The notes below the pieces were generated by a model. The model saw only the letters and a program-made list of their open reading frames with translations. It was not told the DNA's origin and did no database searches. From Spirochaetota bacterium (GTDB taxonomy: Bacteria; Spirochaetota; UBA4802; UBA5550), in NCBI GenBank assembly GCA_963663865.1, contig OY760686.1, forward strand, positions 160,001 to 224,000: a stretch of 64,000 nt of DNA, read 5' to 3'. Positions 30,699-40,065 of this stretch are shown here, piece by piece. The position numbers and the translations under genes were made by a program. Each line of letters opens with the position of its first letter. The stretch's first letter is position 1.

Positions 30699-32765
30699 AT
30701 GGAGACCGATATGATCCTAAATATCGTTACCCTGGCAGCCTGTCTGACACTTCTTATGATATTCAGACATATGGACAGGTCAAATTCCGGAATGACAAAG
30801 ATCCGCCGTTACGCGGGCAAGATGTTTGATGACTTCAGGCGGCTGGCTGAAACAGAGAAGCGTAAATTCAGAGACGCCACCATTGAAATGGACATTCTCA
30901 TAAAAAAGTCCGGAACTCTCACGGAAAACCTTTCACAGTCGATCAAAGAAATCGAGTCGAAACTCTCCGGCCTTGAAACCGAGAAGTCCGGGTTAAAGAA
31001 GGTTGAAGAAGACCTGAAAGTCGTGTCATCATCGGCGAGGGATGTAAACAGACAGATCGAGTACATCGCCGCGGCAAGACAGGACTTCAACGACATGACA
31101 AAACAGGTCGCGTCTCTTCAGGAAAACATCACCTCTCTGCGGGGAGAATCGCAAACAATCGTTAACACTTTCAATTCAAAGATAAGGGAACGTTCCAGAG
31201 AGCTCGTTGAGGAGTTTACTTCTACTATAAACCACCACAGAGAATCGTTTGAGGAGAAAGAGGAAAGGGTTCACAGCCTCAAGGCTACAATTGACGACCT
31301 GGAAAACACGGCATTTGCCGATATTCGTGACAGGTCAACCGACCTCAAGGAGTCTGTCAGGACGGCTGTCAGCCAGTTCGAAGGGCTCAGAAGCGGAATG
31401 TTCGAGAAACTCGACAACGACATGGACAGAGCCTATGACCGGCTCCGCGACGTCGAAACTACCGTAGATGATTACAAGAAAAACCTCATAGGCACCTTTG
31501 AAGATGAAGTCTCCAAAATCAGAACCGAAATTGACAAGCTGAATCTCCATTCTATCGCCAAGAAGGATGAACTCGTTCAGGCGACAAGAAGGGAAGCTGA
31601 AGAAATCAGAGTTAAGCTTGAAGAGTTCCATGAGCAGGTTATGGAGCAGGAGAAACGGCTGATGAAGTCCGCTGAAAGCAAGATGGAGCTTCTTGACTCG
31701 GAATACCAATCCGTTGACGAGAAGTTCAGCCTCCTCTCGGAGAGGATTAAAAACGACTTCAGCAATATGGAAACAAGGCTGAAAGACATGAAAGATGAGA
31801 TTATATCCTACGAGCAGGAGAACAGGGTTTTCAGCAGAAGCGATGAAATGATATCATCCGTAGAGGAGTCTCTTTCAAGGCTTTCCGGGCTCCTTGAAAC
31901 ATCTCAGGGCGAAGCCCGCCACCTTGAGAAGTTCATCGAGGAATTTGATGAGCTGAAAGAGCTAAAGAAAAACGTCAGCAGCGAGATACGGGCGTATCAG
32001 GCAAGAAAAGAGAAGCTCGACGAAGTTGAGAAGAACATTCACTCACTGCTTGAACTGAGCGACCTGGCCCTTAACAGAAGCGATACAATGCAGGAAAACA
32101 TAAGCAAGATAGACGTTGTCAACGCCAGAATGGACGCCCTTGCCAGAAGCTACAGCGATCTGGAATCGAGGATTGAAGAGCTGAAAGAGTATGAAGACCT
32201 GATAGCGAAAAACATATCCACCGCGAACCGGTCAGAGGTAATCATGAAGTCCTTTGAGAACAAGCTGGGCTCTTATCAGAAGATCATGGAGCGCTCAGAC
32301 AAGCGCGTGGAAAAAATCACAAAGCATCTCCAGGAAATAGAGGAGCAGACGGTAATTCTTAAAACACGCAAAAACGAGATTCAGGAGCTGAAGGACAAGT
32401 TTGAGGAGATTGACGGACTATCTGTGGTAATGGAGAAGAGGGTTGATCAGATTTATGCCATGTTCAAGAAAGTTGAAACCCTTCGCACCGAAATTGATGC
32501 GACGGACAGCAGACTTCAGGACATGTTTACCAGGACGGACGAGAAGATGCGCGAATTCGCTGATTTCATTCAGGCCGTCGATGCCGGAAATCCCATTCTC
32601 AAGCAGGTGAATAAAAACATTTCGCCGGCAAAGAACATTAATGAAAATACGATTAAAACCGTCCGGGAGCTTTCAGACAGAGGCTGGGCGCCGGCAGAAA
32701 TCGCGAAGAAGATGCTGATTGACGAGAACTCCGTCAGGTTTATTATAAATACTGCGTCGCTGTAA
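30699..32765 (+). CDS. Spirochete coiled-coil protein (SpiroCoCo-like)
   Basis: N-terminal TM plus RHMDRSNS..KIRRY; long heptad region; C-terminal HTH-like LSDRGWAPAEIAKK. Confidence 0.7.
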   Translation: METDMILNIVTLAACLTLLMIFRHMDRSNSGMTKIRRYAGKMFDDFRRLAETEKRKFRDATIEMDILIKKSGTLTENLSQSIKEIESKLSGLETEKSGLKKVEEDLKVVSSSARDVNRQIEYIAAARQDFNDMTKQVASLQENITSLRGESQTIVNTFNSKIRERSRELVEEFTSTINHHRESFEEKEERVHSLKATIDDLENTAFADIRDRSTDLKESVRTAVSQFEGLRSGMFEKLDNDMDRAYDRLRDVETTVDDYKKNLIGTFEDEVSKIRTEIDKLNLHSIAKKDELVQATRREAEEIRVKLEEFHEQVMEQEKRLMKSAESKMELLDSEYQSVDEKFSLLSERIKNDFSNMETRLKDMKDEIISYEQENRVFSRSDEMISSVEESLSRLSGLLETSQGEARHLEKFIEEFDELKELKKNVSSEIRAYQARKEKLDEVEKNIHSLLELSDLALNRSDTMQENISKIDVVNARMDALARSYSDLESRIEELKEYEDLIAKNISTANRSEVIMKSFENKLGSYQKIMERSDKRVEKITKHLQEIEEQTVILKTRKNEIQELKDKFEEIDGLSVVMEKRVDQIYAMFKKVETLRTEIDATDSRLQDMFTRTDEKMREFADFIQAVDAGNPILKQVNKNISPAKNINENTIKTVRELSDRGWAPAEIAKKMLIDENSVRFIINTASL

Positions 32766-32771
32766 GAAGCA

Positions 32772-32798
32772 CGGCCGCTGTTTCTGCAGCGGCCTTTT
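32772..32798 (+). terminator. Intrinsic terminator
   Basis: GGCCGCTG-TTTCTG-CAGCGGCC-TTTT. Confidence 0.65.
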
Positions 32799-32806
32799 CC
32801 ATTTTC

Positions 32807-33364
32807 TTAACTGCCTTCCTTCATTCTTTCTCTCAGCTGTTTTATTATCTCTTCATCTGAGAGGCTCTTTCTTAAAACGACCCTGTACTTGACGTCAAAT
32901 TTGGTTGGATATACTGTTTTATTGGAGGGCGATTTAAACTCCCATCGCTGAAGGTCCTGCAGTATTACCTCGTCAATCTCCACAAGATAGGTGGGCTGCT
33001 GGGGCCTTATTTTGCTAATACGCCCCGAATCCGGATAGAGCCAGACAGAGTAAACTCCCTCTCTCTGCTCCTCGATTGTATCAAATTTTTTTATCTCCGA
33101 CGAGATGTACCTGTCTCCGCCGTCATCCTTCTTGCGCTCGATTGTATCAGCACTTCCCATTTGAGCGACTATGTAGTTGTCAGAGGTTAGAAGTACATGA
33201 TACAAATCTTTTGACTTGCTGTCGGGATTAAGAAACGCGGCATTCTCGCTGTTTTCCGGGTCCCACACGGGCCTTTTCTCAGGGGCCGTCTTACAGCCTG
33301 CCGCTATTATAACCGCGGCGAAAGAAATAATAACCGCCCTCGCCATCCACACCTTTCTCTTCAT
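32807..33364 (-). CDS. Lipoprotein resembling Leptospira LA_2219 / TonB-C-like proteins
   Basis: IAAGC lipobox; VLLTSDNY...DDGGD...DLQRWEF...TKFDVKY; family resemblance from memory. Confidence 0.6.
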   Translation of the reverse strand: MKRKVWMARAVIISFAAVIIAAGCKTAPEKRPVWDPENSENAAFLNPDSKSKDLYHVLLTSDNYIVAQMGSADTIERKKDDGGDRYISSEIKKFDTIEEQREGVYSVWLYPDSGRISKIRPQQPTYLVEIDEVILQDLQRWEFKSPSNKTVYPTKFDVKYRVVLRKSLSDEEIIKQLRERMKEGS

Positions 33365-33365
33365 C

Positions 33366-33668
33366 TTACTCTTCCTCCGGAGTTTCGTCTTCAGTTTGGG
33401 ACTCTTCAAACTGTTCGGGACTTGTCCCCTTTTTTGAATCTTCAATAAAGTTACCAAGCCTGTCGACAGCATCCTTGAGTTCCGCGTATTCGTGGACTTG
33501 AAGAGTTACGCCTTTCTGTGTAGGCTTGTAAGTTACATCTCCGCTGGAATTGTCAATTGAAGGATACCAAATCCTTATGTTAATAAGATCACGCCCCTGG
33601 AACTCCGAAACCTCAACGCGTATAATCTCATTATTGCTCTTTTTTATATCCTTAATTATTACGCCCAT
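33366..33668 (-). CDS. PC4/YdbC-family ssDNA-binding protein
   Basis: IRVEVSEFQGRDLINIRIWY...KPTQKGVTL. Confidence 0.85.
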   Translation of the reverse strand: MGVIIKDIKKSNNEIIRVEVSEFQGRDLINIRIWYPSIDNSSGDVTYKPTQKGVTLQVHEYAELKDAVDRLGNFIEDSKKGTSPEQFEESQTEDETPEEE

Positions 33669-33741
33669 TTTGCCTCCTGTAATAAATAATCCTCATTTTA
33701 TATATCATTTTCGCGGCGAAGCTGTCAATTAATAATCGTTT

Positions 33742-33890
33742 TCAGCACAAGAGTCCGCTCTTCATCTGATGAATATGGATCGTTCTGCTCCAACCATGTT
33801 CAAGTATATTGCTTACATAGAAAAGGGCTTCAACGTGGGTTTTTACACCTGGTTATAATGAGCTATATCGTGTCCCCGGGGGATGTTCAT
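33742..33890 (-). pseudogene. DUF1016/YhcG N-terminal/middle remnant
   Basis: Frameshifted IPRGHDI...IITRCKN...VEALFYVSNILEHGWSRTIHIHQMKSGL matches the IPWGH...EALFY...GWSR..L..QI.SGL pattern. Confidence 0.7.
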
Positions 33891-34103
33891 ATACGGATTT
33901 TCTTTTTGCGTAACAGGCCGTAGCGTAATTACATATATATCACTGCATAATGCAAAACTGTTCTTTATATAAATGGGATTTTTTTTTAAATCCTTTAATG
34001 TTTTGCAATTATTTGACTAATTGTATTACCGGGAAATAACAAAACAGACAACATTCTGTTGAGTACATTTCTTTTATAAATAGAAGATTGGAAATAGCAA
34101 ACA

Positions 34104-35060
34104 TTATTCAATATTAAGTAATAGATTTTGTAGGGTAACAAAGCTCTTTTTTAACTCACTGCTGTTCGGCTTTTCGCTGTTCCATAGTAGACTTGATAAT
34201 TCCTGTTCGTAAGTGTATTCCAGCGATTTCCATATTTTATCAAAGTTTCTGAATATAGGAGCTTCAGAAATCGGCCTGTTCAGCCATTCCCCTGAAAAAG
34301 TTGAATTGTTTCTGTCGTCATTAATTGCTAATCTAAGAGTATCACCAATGCTTTCAGGTGAATCAATTGTCTTCATTATCTGAGCAATGTCATAAAAATG
34401 TCTTATTTTCCCCTTTAACTTATCCGGTCCTTCGTAAGACAGTCTGGCAAGCGAAAGTATCTTTTCACAGAAAGTTCGTTCGATAGACAGAGTTAAAACA
34501 CTGAAGGGCTGAAGCTCATATTTTTCAATATTTTCATCAAAGCTGTTGTCCTTCATAAATCGGTATATGAAGCTTTCAATCTCCATATACTCTACAGGGG
34601 AAGGGTGGGTGAAGGTATTTATTTCCAGCTGGATTACTCTCTTGATAGGTATATAAATGTTGTCGGTTTCAAGCAAAGGGTATTCATAGAAGGTTTTCCT
34701 GTTTCTTCCCTTTTTCTCTGTTCCTGGGTGATCTTCAATTGTTTTCAGACCGGCTGTCAGAGTCTTTTCAATACTCTTCATCAGCGATTTTCGTTTGCTG
34801 TCTCCAATCTCCGGTTCTCTGATTGCCAGATATACATCCTCTGAAAATCGCTCAAGACATTTGTAGGCTTTAGTCAGGGAAGTTCCGCCCTTGAAAACCA
34901 CCTTATCCGAGTAATCACTTAAGGAAAGATTTTTCAACAAAAATACAACCCAGTAGTCCTTCTCTATGAAGGTTTCTGGAATACTCATATACTTAAGTGT
35001 TCCCCTTATAAGTGATAAAAAACTGCCCGGGTCTTCGTGCAGTTTCATCTTATTTTCCAT
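34104..35060 (-). CDS. AbiEii-type nucleotidyltransferase toxin
   Basis: IEKDYWV, FKGGTSLTK, RFSEDVYL, ERTFCEK, IRHFYDI. Confidence 0.92.
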   Translation of the reverse strand: MENKMKLHEDPGSFLSLIRGTLKYMSIPETFIEKDYWVVFLLKNLSLSDYSDKVVFKGGTSLTKAYKCLERFSEDVYLAIREPEIGDSKRKSLMKSIEKTLTAGLKTIEDHPGTEKKGRNRKTFYEYPLLETDNIYIPIKRVIQLEINTFTHPSPVEYMEIESFIYRFMKDNSFDENIEKYELQPFSVLTLSIERTFCEKILSLARLSYEGPDKLKGKIRHFYDIAQIMKTIDSPESIGDTLRLAINDDRNNSTFSGEWLNRPISEAPIFRNFDKIWKSLEYTYEQELSSLLWNSEKPNSSELKKSFVTLQNLLLNIE

Positions 35061-35764
35061 TTATATTTATTTGGAAGTACAGTATCAGTTATACCGATAT
35101 TGTAAGAAGAGAAGGGGTTGAGTGAATCAGAAAGTTTCTGAATGTCAATATCCGGTGAAGTGAGTTCAACTATTGCACATACAAGTGCCCTGGTTGAAGG
35201 GGTGTATTCCATGGCTGCATCAACAAGTTCTATCTTTTGACTTTCAGGCAATTTTTGTATAATGCTCTTGATTATTATAAGTGCCTCATTCGGTTCTGTA
35301 TCAGGAATCTTTTTTATTGCTCTGAGAGCGTCAAGCAGCTGAAGAACCTCTGCAGAATAATTCCCGGTTTTTAATATCGAGCGTCTGTATCTGACAGTTA
35401 ATCCGCCTATTTTTCTTGGCTTTCTGTATGAGTTGGCTGCTATTACTATTGTTGACGGTATCTGTGTTGTAATACCGAACCTGTTAAAGGCCGATGTTCC
35501 GGTCACGTAAGCCTGTTTATTCACCAGTATGTCATTGATTACAAGACTGCTTTTAGGAAGCAGGGAGCCGTATTCCGTTATTTCCGGTTTGTAGTAAAGA
35601 CCTCTCTCTAAACGTTCAATATAACCTTTCTTTACAAGTCTGCTAAGAGCCTTTGCTGCGGCTAGGTCTTTTCCTGCAGGAATCTGAATATCTCGTTGCC
35701 GTAAAAGCGATCCTGGTGGTAGAACGTCTATCTTCTGTTTGATTGTTTCAGCTATTGATTTCAT
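35045..35764 (-). CDS. AbiEi-like antitoxin (DUF6088)
   Basis: ALSRLVKKGYIERLERGLYYKP, GITTQIP; overlaps the toxin; likely start MKSIAE at 35764. Confidence 0.88.
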   Translation of the reverse strand: MKSIAETIKQKIDVLPPGSLLRQRDIQIPAGKDLAAAKALSRLVKKGYIERLERGLYYKPEITEYGSLLPKSSLVINDILVNKQAYVTGTSAFNRFGITTQIPSTIVIAANSYRKPRKIGGLTVRYRRSILKTGNYSAEVLQLLDALRAIKKIPDTEPNEALIIIKSIIQKLPESQKIELVDAAMEYTPSTRALVCAIVELTSPDIDIQKLSDSLNPFSSYNIGITDTVLPNKYKWKIR

Positions 35765-35826
35765 GTACTCAATATACATTAAATGTTTTGGTTGTGTCAA
35801 GTAAATATATGCACTTAGTTGACACA
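35765..35826 (-). promoter_or_regulatory. AbiE promoter with operator inverted repeat
   Basis: TTGACA-N18-TATATT-N6-ATG; IR TGTGTCAAGTAA/TTAGTTGACACA (35793-35826) overlapping the -35. Confidence 0.6.
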
Positions 35827-35945
35827 TTTAAACGTCTATCTATATCAAATATAATATATGTAAAATTCCGATAATATATTTTATGTCGCATGTTGCTATA
35901 TAACTATTCAACAGAACATCACATCCTTAACACTAAAAACTTAAG

Positions 35946-36893
35946 TTAGGCTTGATTTCTTATCGGAATTATGGATTTTGAAATATGTACTTCTTCCATT
36001 TTTACTATTTTTAAAAATAAACTAAGTGCATGTTCTTCATTTATTGGATTTTTTCCAGGTCCAATTTTTATGTGTTTAAATGGATGACTATTCTTTGTAC
36101 TAAGAATTATTTTTGTATATTCAATAAAATTATTTTTAACTACTCTTACGTCTCTTTCTCCATCGATTAATATTATTCTCCATTCTCGCTCATCACAATA
36201 ACCTTCATGTTTTAATAATGGTGAAAACTCGGCCATAATTCTTTTAAAAATGGTAATCATATAGTCAATAAATTCTATTGAATTTTCCTTAGGTGCTTCG
36301 TTAAATATTAATGACAATGAATTAATTGAGTCATTTAAAAGCTTAGAAACAATTTGAATTTGTTTCTTTTTATCATAAACAACCTTCGAAATGCTAAAAG
36401 GAGAAGAGCTTGTTATGCCAAGGCTATCAAGCCAACTATATGATAATCCAATTGCAAAACCATTGCAATTATCAGCATAATTTCTCCATTGACCTAATAA
36501 ATCTCCGTTTTCAGATAAACATTCTATGTATGTAGATGGCTCTAAAAAAAAATCATCAATGTTTCTTATCGCCATCCATAATATAGCCTTAAAATCATCA
36601 ACAGTTTCAACATTTTTAGGATCAACTTTTGGTAATTGTAATAAATGTTGCGAAGCAATTTCTTTTGAAATTATTTCAAATAATTTATTTTCTGTTGGGT
36701 CATTTACGTAATTGAATTGAGTTGCATATATAGTTTTTGAATCAATAATACGTTTCAGTGAATTTGCATTTGTATAATGCCATAGAGTTGTTGGCAAATC
36801 AGCTTCTTTATCAGGTCGTATAGTCTCTAAACCTGCTGATATTATCTTATTTATAAATTCATTTGCTTTATCCATTAGTTCTTTAGGTAACAT
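35946..36893 (-). CDS. DUF2971 domain protein
   Basis: LWHYT, VNDPTE, CLSENGDLLGQWRNYA, KHEGYCDEREWR, IGP; very AT-rich. Confidence 0.85.
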   Translation of the reverse strand: MLPKELMDKANEFINKIISAGLETIRPDKEADLPTTLWHYTNANSLKRIIDSKTIYATQFNYVNDPTENKLFEIISKEIASQHLLQLPKVDPKNVETVDDFKAILWMAIRNIDDFFLEPSTYIECLSENGDLLGQWRNYADNCNGFAIGLSYSWLDSLGITSSSPFSISKVVYDKKKQIQIVSKLLNDSINSLSLIFNEAPKENSIEFIDYMITIFKRIMAEFSPLLKHEGYCDEREWRIILIDGERDVRVVKNNFIEYTKIILSTKNSHPFKHIKIGPGKNPINEEHALSLFLKIVKMEEVHISKSIIPIRNQA

Positions 36894-36989
36894 ACTATTA
36901 ACCTCAATATCATACTGTTTTTAGCATTCACTTAGTTGAGTCCTGGATGATAAAGCAATTGGGGCGCCATGGTGCTTCTTCTTGTTATT

Positions 36990-37530
36990 TCAACCCCTCT
37001 CTTTCAACCTTAACGCATACAGCTTAATCTGATTCTCAAAGTGAAATAAAGCCTCAGCGATATATTCAGCATCTTCGCTGCTTTCGCATTCTATAACACA
37101 GCTTCCGCTTTCCTGATTAACAGAATACTGAATTGTTTTAACCTTCTTCTCTGTCTGCTTTTTCTCCTGGTTCTTTTTACTTTCTTTTTCAACAAGTTCT
37201 TCAATGGCAGGTATTGTCAGGTTCTTTTCTATTGCTGCTTTTTCAACCTTGTCTCTAAATTCAGTGTCAGTTATCTCGCTTATCAGTTTAGATTTCTTTG
37301 TTCCCATACTTGCTTTTTCAAACTCAACGTTGTTGTATAGCCACATGTATTCAAAAGCCATACGCTTTCCGAAACCGAGAGAGTCTTTGAAATTTTCGAT
37401 CCAGGCATTGAAAGAAGTAAATTCAGGCTTCCTATCCTCAGCTTCGCCTTTTGAACTCCACTTGTTGAGGTCTGTTTCAATTCTTATAGTATAGCTAAGG
37501 TTGAATACTTCGTTGAGCTTAGTAAGCGCG
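36990..37530 (-). pseudogene. Headless plasmid/phage partition-protein-like fragment
   Basis: Frame is open upstream of the annotated Met (FTSFNAWIENFKDSLGFGKRMAFEYMWLY) to a stop near 37533; no good start. Confidence 0.35.
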
Positions 37531-37598
37531 TATTATCTGCGAAATATCAACAAAATTTTTAAATATAGTAATTGAAAATGGATCAAATAGCAATTGTT

Positions 37599-37740
37599 TC
37601 ACCTCTTATACTTTTTCATCATTCCTTCGTAAACCGTGTCGTAACTGCTCGAAGAGTTCCAGAATAGATAGCCTTTTCCGTTGTTGTCGTCTACAGCCTT
37701 TATCTGACTGAGGTTGTAGTCTGCTTCGTAGCAGGTCGTC
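37599..37740 (-). pseudogene. C-terminal remnant of a putative glycoside hydrolase (DUF4015-like)
   Basis: Translates ...YNLSQIKAVDDNNGKGYLFWNSSSSY..., matching the QI.A......G.LFWN...Y pattern. Confidence 0.4.
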
Positions 37741-37797
37741 TCGCACGTTCTGTGCTCGACTTTCCGGACGCGCTTCCTGCGCTCCGGTTCAACGTCG
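37738..37797 (-). repeat. Second GGA-loop micro-element
   Basis: Minus strand CGACG...CCGGA-GCGC-AGGAA-GCGC-G-TCCGG...GCAC-AGAAC-GTGC; same style as 18834-18890. Confidence 0.7.
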
Positions 37798-37825
37798 CCG
37801 GATTAAGAAACCTTTCTGAAGCAGT

Positions 37826-38380
37826 TTACTTCTTCTCGCTCACTCCTTCCAGCTCTGCTTCAATCTCCTCAATAGACGGAAGACTTCTTCTGTACTCCTC
37901 CGGAAGAGACTCTGTTAGTTTATATTCCGAAATACCGATAGGCTTGTTAATGTCACTCAAGGCATATTCAGCTACAAGCCTGTCTCTTTTCTTACAGATA
38001 ATAATTCCGATAGTGGGGGGGCTGTTTCAGTTTTATATTTTTCATCTACTGCCTTAATGTAAAAGTTCAGTTTTCCCGCGTGTTAAGGTTCAAACCTGGT
38101 TGTTTTAAGTTCTATAACAACATAGCAGTGAAGCTTAATGTGATAAAACAGTAGATCAATGAAGAAGTCACTATCTCCCACTTGAATAGGGACTTGTCTT
38201 CCTATGTAGGCAAAGCCTGCACCAGGTTCGAGAAGATACTTTGAATCGTGCTCGACAAGGCTTTTCTCCAAGTCAAGTTCTGTATATTCAGAATCAAGAG
38301 TAAGGAAATCAAAAATATAAGGGGCTTTAATTGCCTGCTGAGCAAGCTCTGAAACAGGTTTAGGCAGTTTCTCTGGAAAG
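37826..38380 (-). pseudogene. DUF1016/YhcG PDDEXK C-terminal half, with internal stop and frameshift
   Basis: PYIFDFL, GFAYIGRQ, IDLLFYH...VVIELK, internal TAA, AGKLNFY, VAEYAL, PIGISEY, LPSIEEIEAEL. Confidence 0.88.
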
Positions 38381-38381
38381 T

Positions 38382-38675
38382 TTATGAAGCTTTAAACCTG
38401 TTTATCAGCTTCAATTCACCATGTATTTTTTTCTTCTCTTCCTCCAGGTCGTAATCATCCTGAATACCCATCCAAAACTGTGGGGAGTTTCCAAAAAACT
38501 CCGACAATCTCAATGCAGTATCTGCGGTTATTCGTCTTTTCCCTTTAATTATCTGTGATATGCGTGTTTGAGATATTTTTATCTCCCTGGACAATTTATA
38601 AGCACTCACTCCAAAAGGATCTAAAAACTCCTCCTTTAGTATTACTCCCGGATGTATATTAGGCAATCTTTCCAT
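38382..38675 (-). CDS. higA: HigA-family antitoxin
   Basis: IHPGVILKEEFL, ITADTALRL, FWMGIQ. Confidence 0.93.
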   Translation of the reverse strand: MERLPNIHPGVILKEEFLDPFGVSAYKLSREIKISQTRISQIIKGKRRITADTALRLSEFFGNSPQFWMGIQDDYDLEEEKKKIHGELKLINRFKAS

Positions 38676-38686
38676 ATTTTCACCTC

Positions 38687-38968
38687 TTAATGGTAATCAA
38701 TAATTTCTACATTGAACGCGTTTCCATTTTCCCACTTAAAACAAACTCGCCATTGGAAATTAATTCTTATACTATAAAAGCCCTCTCTATCCCCTTTTAG
38801 AGCTTCTAATCTATTGTTTGGCGGTATTCGCAGATCGTTTAAATCTCTGGCATTATTCAACATCCTCAACTTCTTTCTTGCCGCAAATTGTATATCTTGA
38901 GGTAATTTTAACGATTTGAGACCAGCCCATATCTTTTCAGTTTCTTTTGACCCGAATTCTATGATCAT
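38687..38968 (-). CDS. higB: HigB-family toxin
   Basis: DLRIPPNNRLEALKGDREGFYSIRIN.QWRVCF...IIDYH; toxin-first order. Confidence 0.93.
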   Translation of the reverse strand: MIIEFGSKETEKIWAGLKSLKLPQDIQFAARKKLRMLNNARDLNDLRIPPNNRLEALKGDREGFYSIRINFQWRVCFKWENGNAFNVEIIDYH

Positions 38969-38974
38969 ATGCTT

Positions 38975-39009
38975 ATACTAACGCATTTGTTTAGTATCGT
39001 CATGCGTTA
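38975..39009. promoter_or_regulatory. Putative HigA operator
   Basis: Overlapping IRs ATACTAA/TTAGTAT and TAACGCAT/ATGCGTTA just upstream of higB. Confidence 0.55.
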
Positions 39010-39116
39010 TTGTTGTTTTAATATTTCACAACTTTCGCACCAGAACACTTACACGGCTGAAATTGAATATTTAGCTCTTTTATACATTATGGCATACAAT
39101 CAAAACTGCGTTCCTG

Positions 39117-39593
39117 TTAAACAGGAATCGTCCACTCCCGTATCGCCTTCTCAATAGTTTCTTTATCCAGATAGGTGATCCTGCATATTTCTTCTGTTGA
39201 ATATCCATGCTTAGACAATCTATATGCAACATGCTCCATGCTCTCGCCAATTTCGATCATATTGTTGTCATAGTCATAAAACCTGACTACCAGCTGCTTC
39301 CAGGGCTGTTCGACTGCTTCATGAACAAACTCGAGCCCCAGATCCCTTATCTTTTTGACAACATCATCTAAATCATCATGCTCGAAATATAGCTCAAAAT
39401 TATTTGACTTCTCTTTTATCTCGGTACAGCCTGTTACCGATTTAAAATGCTCTTTCAGATGAATCGCGAAACCGCCTTCAAACAGAATATTTTCACCATA
39501 ATCGGCTTTAACAGCCTGGCATAGAACGTTTTCGTAAAATTCCCGAGATCGCCTGATGTCACTCACGACTACCAATGGGCAAATGAACTTCAT
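39117..39593 (-). CDS. VOC/glyoxalase-family protein
   Basis: LVVSDIRRSREFYENVL, ELYFE, EQPWKQLVVRFYDYDNNMIEIGE. Confidence 0.88.
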   Translation of the reverse strand: MKFICPLVVVSDIRRSREFYENVLCQAVKADYGENILFEGGFAIHLKEHFKSVTGCTEIKEKSNNFELYFEHDDLDDVVKKIRDLGLEFVHEAVEQPWKQLVVRFYDYDNNMIEIGESMEHVAYRLSKHGYSTEEICRITYLDKETIEKAIREWTIPV

Positions 39594-40065
39594 CTGATTT
39601 CTCCTGTATATTTTTGAGCGTTGTTTTTTAGTTTATGCTATACTTTCTCTCCAACAAAACCGTCATAACAAAGTGCCGATAGCCGGAGAATGTCCCCGCT
39701 TGCCACCTCAAGGAATAATTCAGTATTCTATAATATATTTAAGCAGCTGAAAGTAAAATAAGAAAAATCATAATTTACTTTCATTCTTCATTTTCCATCT
39801 TCACAGTGTCCACAATCACCAGCAGAAAAACCAGCATGTTTTCCCGGGGATGATCCTGTTGCTGCTTCTCACAACCGGCTATTCAAAACAAATTACCTTT
39901 TTACACCACTTTTATGAGCAGAGAGTCATTTGATATTCATTCTGCCCCTCAATTCCGGCTTGATTTAAATAGTCGCGCTTTTCATTCTTTCAAAATAAAG
40001 TTTGCTTGTCAAAAAACGAGTCAGTGAAGTTCACTGTAAAAAAAGCGTACTTCCGGAGGGCAGGA

